DNA of 64,000 nucleotides from positions 32,001 through 96,000 of IMG/VR virus record IMGVR_UViG_3300045988_178965. One strand, 5' to 3'. This document shows positions 30,271 through 39,416 of the stretch, in pieces. Numbering within the stretch: position 1 is the first letter of the stretch; the number at the start of each line of letters is the position of its first letter. The translations under genes were made by a program, and so were the position numbers. The stretch is from a virus. A model generated the notes under the pieces. It did not search any database and was not told the DNA's origin. It saw only the letters and a program-made list of their open reading frames with translations.

Positions 30271-30759
30271 TTATGTGGCATTGCGATCAACCACACTTCT
30301 TTGTTTTTGTTCTCTATAACGCTTTGCCCTAATCTCCCTAGCTTTCTCTAAAACTGGATTTTCAGGATTCTTCATTATAGAGTTAAAATCATATTCGATG
30401 TCAGGATAAGGAACTGAATCTATAATAGCCTTTAATTCTTCCTTACTCTTAGGGCATTCTGATTGGAGTATTCTAACAAGTTTGATGCCAGATTCTTCGG
30501 CCAGCAAATCCTTTTTCTTGTCCTTGAACTGCTGCCATCTAAAACCATTGGCATCTTTGTGAAAGTGTTCAATAAATTCAACATGCTGCCGGCCATCCAA
30601 TTCTATAACTATTCCCATTTCTTTCACAAAACAGTCATATCTCGTCCCATCTGGAAGACAAGCTTCATATATAACATTGCATGTAGGATAAAGCTGACAT
30701 AGATATTCATAGATAATACGCTGCTCATTTGAGCCCCTATTATCGAACCCCATAACCAA
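30271..30759 (-). CDS. PD-(D/E)XK / DUF559-like endonuclease (possible free-standing homing endonuclease)
   Basis: 162 aa. The motif YDCFVKEMGIVIELDGRQH matches the D..(E/V)xDGxxH signature of Vsr/DUF559-type nucleases. Confidence 0.5.
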   Translation of the reverse strand: MVMGFDNRGSNEQRIIYEYLCQLYPTCNVIYEACLPDGTRYDCFVKEMGIVIELDGRQHVEFIEHFHKDANGFRWQQFKDKKKDLLAEESGIKLVRILQSECPKSKEELKAIIDSVPYPDIEYDFNSIMKNPENPVLEKAREIRAKRYREQKQRSVVDRNAT

Positions 30760-31069
30760 TGCCCTGGATATTGTTTAATTGGCCATGAGCTATGCCGTCA
30801 ATAATGCTTCCCAATCCATTATCATAAAAGAATTTACGATAAGCTTCAAACGCCTTATCATCATCAACTCTTTTAAAATTGTGGGTAGCAAATTTCCATA
30901 TAGCGTCTTTGTCGATTAGCTCATTGATATAGCAGGCGTTATATACCTTATCTACAATCAAGGCGACTTGGACGCCATCATCCTCAAGTACAGCTACAAC
31001 AACCTGATGGTCGAAGCTACCCTCTACATTGAATCCCATTCTTTCAGGGGCCATATGCACTATCTTCAT
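30740..31069 (-). CDS. hypothetical protein
   Basis: 109-aa ORF overlapping both neighbours. Confidence 0.45.
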   Translation of the reverse strand: MKIVHMAPERMGFNVEGSFDHQVVVAVLEDDGVQVALIVDKVYNACYINELIDKDAIWKFATHNFKRVDDDKAFEAYRKFFYDNGLGSIIDGIAHGQLNNIQGIGYGVR

Positions 31070-31367
31070 CTGAATCCTTTTCTAAACAATCTTTTTTAAT
31101 CTTGCATCTAATTAATATATATGTTTGCTCAATGAGAAGAAGAAATGTAACTAATGCTAGTATACCCAATATGAAAATAACAGGCGACATCAATAGTAAT
31201 GGCCAGGGGATAAATGAAGCTTCACCAGCAGTTTTTAATAATACTATTGGGAATATACCGGCAGTGAACCCAACGCCAATAAGTTTTAAATGCGAAAATG
31301 AAAATTCATTTTCATCTAGAGCGAGTTTGACTTTTCTGTTTTTACTTTTATTTGAACGAACTTTCAT
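31044..31367 (-). CDS. hypothetical membrane protein
   Basis: 107 aa with two hydrophobic segments (LIGVGFTAGIFPIVLL and SPVIFILGILALVTFLLLI). Confidence 0.45.
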   Translation of the reverse strand: MKVRSNKSKNRKVKLALDENEFSFSHLKLIGVGFTAGIFPIVLLKTAGEASFIPWPLLLMSPVIFILGILALVTFLLLIEQTYILIRCKIKKDCLEKDSDEDSAYGP

Positions 31368-31377
31368 ATCTTAGTCC

Positions 31378-32277
31378 TTAGAAATTATCAGGTATCATTT
31401 TTTGTATTCCACAATAACTGTGGTTTAAACAAGCAGAACATTTCCCTGGGTTTCCGCCAGAAGTAGAATCAGAATTTATGAATTTAATAGCAATTTCTTT
31501 TAAATGACCATCTGAAAAATTGGGCCTTTTGGTTACACTAACATTTGAATTAGGAGTCCATCCAAATGGAACTCTGATATCGTGTATTGTTTTAATAGTA
31601 ATACCAATATCCTCTATATGTTTAACAACAGCCATTGTTCTTGGGTTATTATAAGCATACATAGGATTGTTCCTATTATCCTGATGGAAAGGCGTTAATA
31701 GAAATATTTCAATACCATCATCCATCAGTAATACGAGATCGATTACAGTATGAAATGTTTTTCTTGGTTTTCTACCATAAGACCAAAATATAAGTTCGTC
31801 GTTTATAGCGCCGTTGGAATGATAAACCCTATCCGATATTTTGTCTAAAATTTCAGTAAGAAATCTGCGCAAAGATGCTTTATATGACTCTACACCTTCA
31901 TCTTCATTGGGAAGTATCTTTTTGATTTTACGTTCAAAATAAAGAATAGGTGCATTACTAGGTCCGTTCAAATCAGACATATAGATTTTAATGGCTTCAT
32001 ACAAAACCAATGATGCTCTTTCTCTTGCACTAAGATTTTCATCTTCAGATGATAATCCATCAAAACAAACTATTTGATTTAGATTAAGATAAACAGTATC
32101 AGGAGCATTAATTTTATATTTGCACTGAGTATACAGTTTAAACATATTTGCATTAAGCTCCATATACGGAGCATCTGACCTAGTTCTTTTGTCATGAGGA
32201 GGTATTTCTACCTCCTCCTTTAGAATTAGCTCTTCTATTTCATTATTAAACATTTTGATTGGCACCATTTTGAGCAA
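31378..32277 (-). CDS. hypothetical protein with C-terminal CxxCx5C cluster
   Basis: 299 aa ending ..GKCSACLNHSYCG. It overlaps the end of the primase-helicase gene. A nuclease or Fe-S fold is possible but the catalytic motifs are unclear. Confidence 0.45.
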   Translation of the reverse strand: MLKMVPIKMFNNEIEELILKEEVEIPPHDKRTRSDAPYMELNANMFKLYTQCKYKINAPDTVYLNLNQIVCFDGLSSEDENLSARERASLVLYEAIKIYMSDLNGPSNAPILYFERKIKKILPNEDEGVESYKASLRRFLTEILDKISDRVYHSNGAINDELIFWSYGRKPRKTFHTVIDLVLLMDDGIEIFLLTPFHQDNRNNPMYAYNNPRTMAVVKHIEDIGITIKTIHDIRVPFGWTPNSNVSVTKRPNFSDGHLKEIAIKFINSDSTSGGNPGKCSACLNHSYCGIQKMIPDNF

Positions 32278-34768
32278 TGGCAGTATTTTGCAAAATTAAT
32301 GCCTCAAATTCACGAGGAGTCATCTCTTCAAAATATGCTTTTTCAGGCCAAAATCTAGTTGGAATATCACCCTTAAAGGATGCAACTTTATTTTTACCAA
32401 TGCTCCAAATTACAAGAGGTTTCTTGCGATGGGCTTCATCTTCACTATAATCAATATGATAGGCTACAGCCTTTTCACGCAAGCCATGAAGTTCATTCCA
32501 GCCGTGCATAATAAGATTACTGTCATACACAAGGCTATTAGACTCTGCGATATTGTTATTATGAGGACGAACTTCTGGTGGCATTTTTGTGTATTCCACC
32601 GTAGAAACAACAGTTAAGCCAAACTCTACAGAATATGCCTTCAATTCGTGAGAAATGTGTTGGAATTTTTCTCGACCAGATTTCTCCGTCGGAACCTGAA
32701 TCAAATGGAAGTTATCTATAAAGAAATAAATATGTCTACCAGGATACTTATCCCGATAGTTCGACATCAATGTTCTAATAAAAGATAGTGAGCGACCATC
32801 GACGCTATCATAAATAATAAATCTGTCTTCTCTGGCATAACTTAAGAATTTGCGGAAAAATATTTCACGCTCTTCTAAAATCATAGGATATTCTCTGCTA
32901 TCTTTATAAAGTTCGGGTTTAGCGAACTTGTTAATATTGATAGCATCAAAAATATCTATATTGCCATTGTCCTTTGCTCTTTTTGCCGCATCATAAGAAA
33001 TAAATCTCGGCAACAGTTCTTTTGCACTATCATCAATAGAAAGGAAAATTACCATTGCATGTGGATTATTCTCTACAATACGCCAAGACAAATTAACCTG
33101 CCATGAAGTCTTACCGGAATTAGAGGAACCGCCGATAAAGATAACCTTTTCTTGAATATCGCCATCAGTAGTTGCAGATAGGATTGGCATATCACCACCC
33201 CAATCTGTATATTTACCGCTAGACGGATCTTCCTGATATTCCTTAATTCCCAAAATATTATTAACACGGGCAGAAGTATCCATAATGTCAGTGTTATTCA
33301 TTTGGTTAATCTGTCCTATATTAGACAGTGCTTCATTGAGTAAAAGTTCAGATCCACTTCCTGAGTCATTACTCAAATCTTTAATAAGCTTCTCGACAAT
33401 TGCTCTTTTAGAATCTTCGCTTCTACGAGTTTTTTCTCTCTCAGATTTATTAACTTCATCGCGGATAACTCTATCACTATAACCAGTAAATATAGACAAT
33501 TCCGAAATCATCTTTTCTCTTCTAATAGAGCTAGGCTCACTGGTTATAATTGGAACCATTTTTTCGCAAATATCTGCAGGGTCTATATCTTCATCTTCAA
33601 ATAAAGACAATCTCCAAGAGAATGACGAAATTTTTGGAATCTCTTTAAATTTTTCAATCCCATATTTACGAACAAATTCATCTGGATCTATTTTAACCCT
33701 AACCCCATCTACATATTCATCAGGTAAAAATACAAATGAAAATTTGATGTCATGGGTTTTTGCGACAACCTTATCTAGCATATCCACGGCCTTTTGTCTG
33801 CCAGCCGCATCATTATCTAAACAGATAGTAACATTGTACAATCCATTGCGTCGCAAAGTGTTTAAATGTGCTTCAGAAAAATCTAAACCACAAATTCCAA
33901 CTGCATTGGTCATTCCATGATTATGTAGACTTAATGCATCGGAATTTCCTTCTACAATGAAAATAGAGTCCGTTGACTTTTTTGCCTTATCCAGCAAATA
34001 CAGTCGCTCGTTTTTCTTGTAGATATTTTTCTTAACACCATTCTTAGTTCCAATAAATTTTGGGCCATTTATAAGTTTGCCCTCATCATTAAGAACTCCA
34101 TCATAATTCAAATTGCGAGCTTGAAATCCGACAGGTCTTCCAAACTCATCACAAATGGTATAAATAAAATTGGAAGGATTAAACAGCATCGGATTGCATA
34201 AATCTATTTCATCAATAAATGTATTTTTAAATCCGAGATTGTTTAAATATTTTCTTAGATCCGCATTATCATTACATACTCCAATTCTATATTTTTTCAT
34301 GAATTCTTGACTGAATCCACGCTTCTCCATTTCTCCCAATTGTTTATCATTAAAATTAGTTTGAGATGTAATATAGTTTGAAGCAGCCTCATAGGCCTGA
34401 TACATATTAAGCTCGTATATTTCATCTTCGGATAATTTTCTATATACAAGCTCAATTCCATATTTGTCAGCGAGATATGCAACAGTATTATCAACAAACC
34501 CTGGCCCAGACATTGGCTTATCTTCTAATACATGTGCTGCATTAAAAATGTCCATAGTTGAACCACAGCTCATACATTTGACAAGAGGATAACCTTGTTC
34601 TGCCATAAACATAGACATAGATGGATGATGGTCATCATGATCAGGATTTAGACAACAAATTTTCTTACCATTTTCAACATTGAGGCCATGCTCATGCAGA
34701 TATGCAGGTAAGAACATCCGAATGCTATCAAGCTGACTTTCAAAGTCACTTATTTTTCTGTAAGACAT
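32246..34768 (-). CDS. bifunctional DNA primase-helicase (T7 gp4-like: zinc finger + TOPRIM + DnaB-family helicase)
   Basis: 840 aa. It has a Zn-binding motif (CCLNPDHDDHHPSMS..CMSCG), a TOPRIM motif (IFIVEGNSDALSLH..CLDNDAAG) and a Walker A (GGSSNSGKTSW) with a DnaB-like C-terminal half. Confidence 0.85.
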   Translation of the reverse strand: MSYRKISDFESQLDSIRMFLPAYLHEHGLNVENGKKICCLNPDHDDHHPSMSMFMAEQGYPLVKCMSCGSTMDIFNAAHVLEDKPMSGPGFVDNTVAYLADKYGIELVYRKLSEDEIYELNMYQAYEAASNYITSQTNFNDKQLGEMEKRGFSQEFMKKYRIGVCNDNADLRKYLNNLGFKNTFIDEIDLCNPMLFNPSNFIYTICDEFGRPVGFQARNLNYDGVLNDEGKLINGPKFIGTKNGVKKNIYKKNERLYLLDKAKKSTDSIFIVEGNSDALSLHNHGMTNAVGICGLDFSEAHLNTLRRNGLYNVTICLDNDAAGRQKAVDMLDKVVAKTHDIKFSFVFLPDEYVDGVRVKIDPDEFVRKYGIEKFKEIPKISSFSWRLSLFEDEDIDPADICEKMVPIITSEPSSIRREKMISELSIFTGYSDRVIRDEVNKSEREKTRRSEDSKRAIVEKLIKDLSNDSGSGSELLLNEALSNIGQINQMNNTDIMDTSARVNNILGIKEYQEDPSSGKYTDWGGDMPILSATTDGDIQEKVIFIGGSSNSGKTSWQVNLSWRIVENNPHAMVIFLSIDDSAKELLPRFISYDAAKRAKDNGNIDIFDAININKFAKPELYKDSREYPMILEEREIFFRKFLSYAREDRFIIYDSVDGRSLSFIRTLMSNYRDKYPGRHIYFFIDNFHLIQVPTEKSGREKFQHISHELKAYSVEFGLTVVSTVEYTKMPPEVRPHNNNIAESNSLVYDSNLIMHGWNELHGLREKAVAYHIDYSEDEAHRKKPLVIWSIGKNKVASFKGDIPTRFWPEKAYFEEMTPREFEALILQNTAIAQNGANQNV

Positions 34769-34783
34769 ATCTCGCCTTTATAA

Positions 34784-35173
34784 TTATTTCTCTTTTGCTT
34801 TTTCTTCTGCTGCTTTTACTGCAGCTTCGGCTGAATCAGCAAGTTTTTCTGCAGCCTCTGCGGCTGACTGTTCGGCTTCTTGTTCCAAGCGGTCACGATG
34901 CGCTTTAAGCTCTTGGCCAAGACGAGTCATTTCTTCTTCAAATTCCTCACGTGTAATTAATTTCTTGCCTTCAAGAATAGAGAGAATTGCTTCACAGATC
35001 AGGAAGTTAGACATCCATTTTCCATCTTGTTCTACAAACGCTTGACTTGCACGTCCAAGTGCACTTTGGAAACTGCCTAATGCAAAGTATACTTCGGTGA
35101 ATCGTTTAGATGCTTCGCCAAAATCTTTAACTTCAATTTGAGGTACTTGTTGTTCTTGTTTTTGTTCAGACAT
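34784..35173 (-). CDS. hypothetical protein with acidic, Ala/Glu-rich C-terminal tail
   Basis: 129-aa ORF whose start overlaps the upstream stop by 1 nt. Confidence 0.5.
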   Translation of the reverse strand: MSEQKQEQQVPQIEVKDFGEASKRFTEVYFALGSFQSALGRASQAFVEQDGKWMSNFLICEAILSILEGKKLITREEFEEEMTRLGQELKAHRDRLEQEAEQSAAEAAEKLADSAEAAVKAAEEKAKEK

Positions 35174-36111
35174 TATGTGTATCCTTGTTCTTCTTTTTGT
35201 TGTTTACACAGGGTTCTATAGTTGCAATATGCACATTGCCAATCTCCGATAGGATTGGCTTCGGGTTTTTTAACCCATTTTTCATATTTAGTTTTAGCAA
35301 TTTCGCCATCATTCCAAAGGCGAATTACTTTTTCTTTTGAATAGACATGCTCATAGTCAGGCGGCGGAGGTTCGTCTTTGTAATCACGGGCAGAATTAAT
35401 CTGTTCTTCATATCGCTGAAATACGCCTTCTAATGTAATTCCCGGCATATCGTAAGAGTGAGCAACACCTTTCACATCTTCTGTATCGATATGAATATAA
35501 GTTCTATCACCTTCAGGGCGCAGCGTTATCCAAAATTCCCTATTGTTCTCAGGGCCACCACAGGCTCTATCAAAATAGGTTAGCAAAACACGCTTAATAC
35601 CACCCTTATCCGGGGCACTAAAGTAATGTAAGTATAATGCTGCCTGCATTACGTTCTGATGCTTAGGCATAGGAACACGACCACCAATACCACCGTATTC
35701 CGCTTTGGCTTGATAATTTGCAGAACTATATGTTTTAGACTCTACGATAATAACTTCGCCTGTATCGGGATCTTTAATGGCGATATCGATTTCGCCGGAT
35801 AGGTAATACTCTGGAATTGAAAACTTTAGATTATTCATCAAAAAGAATCCGCCAAGTTTACATTGTTCAATAATCCATTCTTCCCACATCTTACCTGCAG
35901 CAAAAATATATTGACTATAAGCACCAGAAGGATCAGATTCAGAATAACCTGCAAGACGATACCAGGTAGCCCTTAAACATCCGCCATGAACCTTTGTTGG
36001 ATCATCAATATCGCGGCATGATGCAGAAGAAGGGTAAAGCGTTTTAAGTCGGCTTCCTTTTAATGCCGGCGGAGCCAAAATATTATCTTCTATTTTTTTA
36101 AAAAATTTCAT
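35173..36111 (-). CDS. Cas4/RecB-like PD-(D/E)XK exonuclease with 4Fe-4S cysteine cluster
   Basis: 312 aa. Nuclease motifs are GEIDIAIKD..VIIVESKTY and QAALYLHY (QxxxY). The cluster is formed by an N-terminal Cys (GGCLRATW) plus the C-terminal CAYCNYRTLC. Confidence 0.75.
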   Translation of the reverse strand: MKFFKKIEDNILAPPALKGSRLKTLYPSSASCRDIDDPTKVHGGCLRATWYRLAGYSESDPSGAYSQYIFAAGKMWEEWIIEQCKLGGFFLMNNLKFSIPEYYLSGEIDIAIKDPDTGEVIIVESKTYSSANYQAKAEYGGIGGRVPMPKHQNVMQAALYLHYFSAPDKGGIKRVLLTYFDRACGGPENNREFWITLRPEGDRTYIHIDTEDVKGVAHSYDMPGITLEGVFQRYEEQINSARDYKDEPPPPDYEHVYSKEKVIRLWNDGEIAKTKYEKWVKKPEANPIGDWQCAYCNYRTLCKQQKEEQGYT

Positions 36112-36515
36112 CAGTTAAACTCAGTTAAAAAATGAATAAGGTCCATAGGCATATATGGACGCATATCAAATGAATGTTCGTATATGATACCGTCAACTTC
36201 AATTCTGCATTTATAATAAAGTCTAATCATCATGTCTTCATCTCTGCGAATTGTTACACCAATTGGTTCTCCTATTTCGCTAAGAGAAACATCAGCATAT
36301 GGCGTTAATTCATAAATAGAACTCTTATTATTTGCCATTGCTTTGATGCATGCTAGAAGAATAGATTTCTTAATAGAGACATGAAGGTTTACACCTCTTG
36401 CAGAGACAGCTTCTCCATCAAAAGGGACTCCATCAAAATCAACTTTATCCTCAGGGAAAAAAGTTGCCTTCATATTAATATTTTCAAGGCCGTCAATGAA
36501 AAACTGTTTTATCAT
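36111..36515 (-). CDS. hypothetical protein
   Basis: 134-aa ORF with 1-nt overlaps at both ends. Confidence 0.5.
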   Translation of the reverse strand: MIKQFFIDGLENINMKATFFPEDKVDFDGVPFDGEAVSARGVNLHVSIKKSILLACIKAMANNKSSIYELTPYADVSLSEIGEPIGVTIRRDEDMMIRLYYKCRIEVDGIIYEHSFDMRPYMPMDLIHFLTEFN

Positions 36516-36862
36516 TATTGTTTGTTCTCCAAAATCGCCCTTTGGATATCAGAAATCCATTTGTTGGCGACAAGTTCAATTGCGGTCGGTGTTAATCTAA
36601 ACTCATTTTCTTCTAAAATATTCTCTTCGATATGACGATCTTTAAAACAATAAGTGCAACCGTATAGAATATCTGTCTCAATTTCTTTTGCTTTAAGTGC
36701 TATAAAACCGTGACGAATATCATCATCATTATTGCGAAGTGAAAGTTCAATCCCTACAGAAAGACTATCTGTTCGGAACCGTCCAATCTTTTTATTAGTT
36801 ACACTTCGTAAACAATTTGCAATATGGAATTTTGTAATAGAAGAAAGTGGGTGTTCAGACAT
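36515..36862 (-). CDS. hypothetical protein
   Basis: 115-aa ORF, the first gene after the dnaE terminator-like hairpin. Confidence 0.5.
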   Translation of the reverse strand: MSEHPLSSITKFHIANCLRSVTNKKIGRFRTDSLSVGIELSLRNNDDDIRHGFIALKAKEIETDILYGCTYCFKDRHIEENILEENEFRLTPTAIELVANKWISDIQRAILENKQ

Positions 36863-36882
36863 TTTATTTTCCGTTATTATTC

Positions 36883-36914
36883 TTAATAAAAATAGCCGGG
36901 CCGTTTCCGACCCG
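36883..36914 (-). terminator. possible intrinsic terminator after dnaE (C-part)
   Basis: - strand hairpin cggg.cg / cg.cccg (36897-36914) followed by TATTTTTATT. The stem is short and interrupted. Confidence 0.35.
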
Positions 36915-36919
36915 ACATA

Positions 36920-38329
36920 TTATCTTGTAGAGATTGTAACATCTCTAAGTCCATTAAAATCACGAACCACATCAATATCTGCGGTTTTAATATAAAATGG
37001 ACCAAACCGTATAGTTGTTTTATTGATCTTAACACCTGGACTAACCTCTGGTTCGAAATTAGCCATAGTGATAAATACTTTCGTATTATTGTCACCTTCA
37101 GACTTATTATCTCTAATTTTATTTAGGATAGTTCTAAATCTAATAGGAGATGGAATCCCAGTTAAATTGATAGTAATTTCATCAAAAGTGGATGAAGCCT
37201 CTTCATTTGAATTAGAAGTATCTACGGTTAAATCCAAAACAGAATTAATTACGCAATCAATACCAGTTCCCCTATAGCTAGGTTTTGCACTTATAAAACA
37301 TTGCAAATACTTGCCGGCGGCAAATAGCTCTTTATTTGGTTCATAAACATTCGAGAATGCAGTTAAAGCATAATCTCTACCGTATATATCTTTAGCCTCA
37401 ATAAACGCCATAGGCTTACCGGTTTTAGTTGTAATAACTCTAACTTTTGATACCTGACAAACAGTTGCCCCATAATAAACACCAGTTTTAGCAACTTCAT
37501 TTTCAATAAAGGCAGAATCATGATGAGGATCTTTAATATCTCTTGTAATAACATCCATAGGATTGCCAGAAATATACACTCCAATCAGTTCTTTTTCTGC
37601 TTCCAAAATTTCAAGAAGAGTAAATTCCTTGAATAATGGATCGACGAAATACGTATGTTCAATTTTACAGAATTCTTTTATTCTCTCTTCTGCCTCAGGC
37701 GTTAGAGCCTTCGCGGCCCTACATTCTTTTTTAAGAGCGCCCTTAGGGTCAAAGTCAAGAATAAATTTAGAATATGAGCGAATAAGAACGCTTCGTTTAT
37801 ATCCAAAAGAATCAACGGCGCCGGAAAGAATTAAACTATCACAAACCTTCTTATTGATATTAGTAGTCAAAAGGTAAGTTCTAAGAAGAAAATCTCCAAA
37901 ACTACTATAAGGTCTAAGTTCAATTAATTTACTAACAGCACCATCACCAATACCACGAATACCAGATAAACCATAAATGATATCATTATTACGGTTAAGG
38001 CCAAATGTACCAACAGATTCATTCAGGTCCGGCGGCAAGATATTGATACCCTTAGATACAGCATCCTCCATATAAGTTTTCTTCATTGGAGGATCAGTTT
38101 CACAAGTAATAATAGAACAATAAAACTCTTCCGGATAATTGGCTTTAAGCCATGCAGTATAATAAGTCAAATGACCATAGGAGTAGGCATGACTCGCATT
38201 GAATGCATACCTCGCAAATTCTAGAAGCTCTTCCCAGAACTGCGCTACTTCTTGTTTATCTTCACCATTGGCCACTGCACCATTGATAAAGTCTTCTCTG
38301 AGCGATGCTAGTTTGGCTGCATCTTTTTT
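36920..38329 (-). CDS. dnaE: DNA polymerase III alpha-type (DnaE) C-part, exon 5
   Basis: Begins KKDAAKLASLREDFINGAV and contains ARYAFNASHAYSYGHLTYYTAWLKANYPEEF, which matches the DnaE finger motif GFNKSHAAAY..AYLKAHYPAEF. An OB-fold-sized tail follows. Confidence 0.85.
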   Translation of the reverse strand, partial: KKDAAKLASLREDFINGAVANGEDKQEVAQFWEELLEFARYAFNASHAYSYGHLTYYTAWLKANYPEEFYCSIITCETDPPMKKTYMEDAVSKGINILPPDLNESVGTFGLNRNNDIIYGLSGIRGIGDGAVSKLIELRPYSSFGDFLLRTYLLTTNINKKVCDSLILSGAVDSFGYKRSVLIRSYSKFILDFDPKGALKKECRAAKALTPEAEERIKEFCKIEHTYFVDPLFKEFTLLEILEAEKELIGVYISGNPMDVITRDIKDPHHDSAFIENEVAKTGVYYGATVCQVSKVRVITTKTGKPMAFIEAKDIYGRDYALTAFSNVYEPNKELFAAGKYLQCFISAKPSYRGTGIDCVINSVLDLTVDTSNSNEEASSTFDEITINLTGIPSPIRFRTILNKIRDNKSEGDNNTKVFITMANFEPEVSPGVKINKTTIRFGPFYIKTADIDVVRDFNGLRDVTISTR

Positions 38330-39345
38330 CAATTATGTTAACCTATCGGTTTTTTATCCGATAGTTCTTATGCTTCATATTTGCATAAGTTCGGCGTACA
38401 TTTTCATCCCATTAGGATGTCGAACACTCTTGGAGATATTATATCTTTTCAATCTCTACGCTCTACGGTGGTTTACAGTTCCTGCAAACTTACCTCGGTA
38501 TTAGCATCTCAGCCTTCACCGATTTTGCTCGATACACATTGTCTTATTACTAAAACAAGGGGCAGATTCAAATTTTATCTTTTTTCTTTTTAAATACACA
38601 TTAGCATTAGAATACATATAGTCGTATAGCATTTTAGAGGGAAGTATCCCACCAAAATGAATGGAACAGAAATTTCCTCTATCGATAATTTTATACTCTC
38701 TTAGAGTTGCACCATTATTAAACAATATAGAATTCAAAACTGGTATAAAATTTTTTGAACCGGTAAAGCTTATTTTGGTCGTATTACCAGATAGGTAAAC
38801 AGAACCATCACCGTCAAAATAGCCTCTTATAAAATGAGGCAAAAGATTGGGATTGATTTCTGGAAATTCATAATCCAAACTTTTATTTCTTTTTATACCT
38901 TTAGATTCCAAAATATTTATAAAAACTTCATCAGAAAATGAAATTTTTGAAGTAGGATTTCTTCCTTCGCGGTGATACGTTTTAACCAAATTATAATCAC
39001 CAGAAATAAGAAAAGATAAGCGATTTAAAATATCTATATCGGATGAAAGAAGCTCTATCGAGAAAGTTCTCTTACCATTACTAAGATATGATATACTACC
39101 GTCTGCACCTATTAATCCTAAGAAGTAGGCTTTCTCTTCAGTATCTATATTATTGAAGAAATCGGAATTTATATTAAATCTACACCTACTTCGGCTGACC
39201 TTTATCCCATTTGATTTTAAAAATCTTGTAATTTTGTAAGGGCTTTCGCCGGTAATAGATGATATCTGCGCTATACTATTATGGTTATTATAAAGGGTAA
39301 TAAAATCTTGCATTGTGTTAATAAAAAAATAAAAGATAAAAATCT
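38330..39345 (-). mobile_element. group I intron D in dnaE (1016 nt) with LAGLIDADG ORF
   Basis: Splicing GCT GTA GGT|AAA AAA GAT restores ADVLRKAVG|KKD (DnaE LRRAMGKK). U is at -1 and the intron ends ..AACATAATTG. It shares the core GGGATGAAAATGTACGCCGAA plus a hairpin. Confidence 0.75.
38516..39313 (-). CDS. intron-encoded LAGLIDADG homing endonuclease
   Basis: 265 aa with two dodecapeptide motifs (YFLGLIGADGSIS and FIRGYFDGDGSVY) and an N-terminal HTH-like segment. Confidence 0.85.
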   Translation of the reverse strand: MQDFITLYNNHNSIAQISSITGESPYKITRFLKSNGIKVSRSRCRFNINSDFFNNIDTEEKAYFLGLIGADGSISYLSNGKRTFSIELLSSDIDILNRLSFLISGDYNLVKTYHREGRNPTSKISFSDEVFINILESKGIKRNKSLDYEFPEINPNLLPHFIRGYFDGDGSVYLSGNTTKISFTGSKNFIPVLNSILFNNGATLREYKIIDRGNFCSIHFGGILPSKMLYDYMYSNANVYLKRKKIKFESAPCFSNKTMCIEQNR

Positions 39346-39416
39346 ACCTACAGCCTTTCTCAAGACATCAGCTTTAATGTCAGAGAAGCCACACATCTCT
39401 TTTGACAATCGGAGGA
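39346..39416 (-). CDS. dnaE: dnaE C-part, exon 4 (71 nt)
   Basis: Encodes (F)LRLSKEMCGFSDIKADVLRKAVG, which aligns with DnaE ..[22 protein letters not shown]. Confidence 0.7.

Noticed and set aside
30126-30332. The 68-aa + strand ORF at the edge of the hairpin array.
   Set aside because: It has no RBS, it runs through hairpin stems and into the 3' end of the - strand endonuclease gene, and its composition is typical of a chance ORF.
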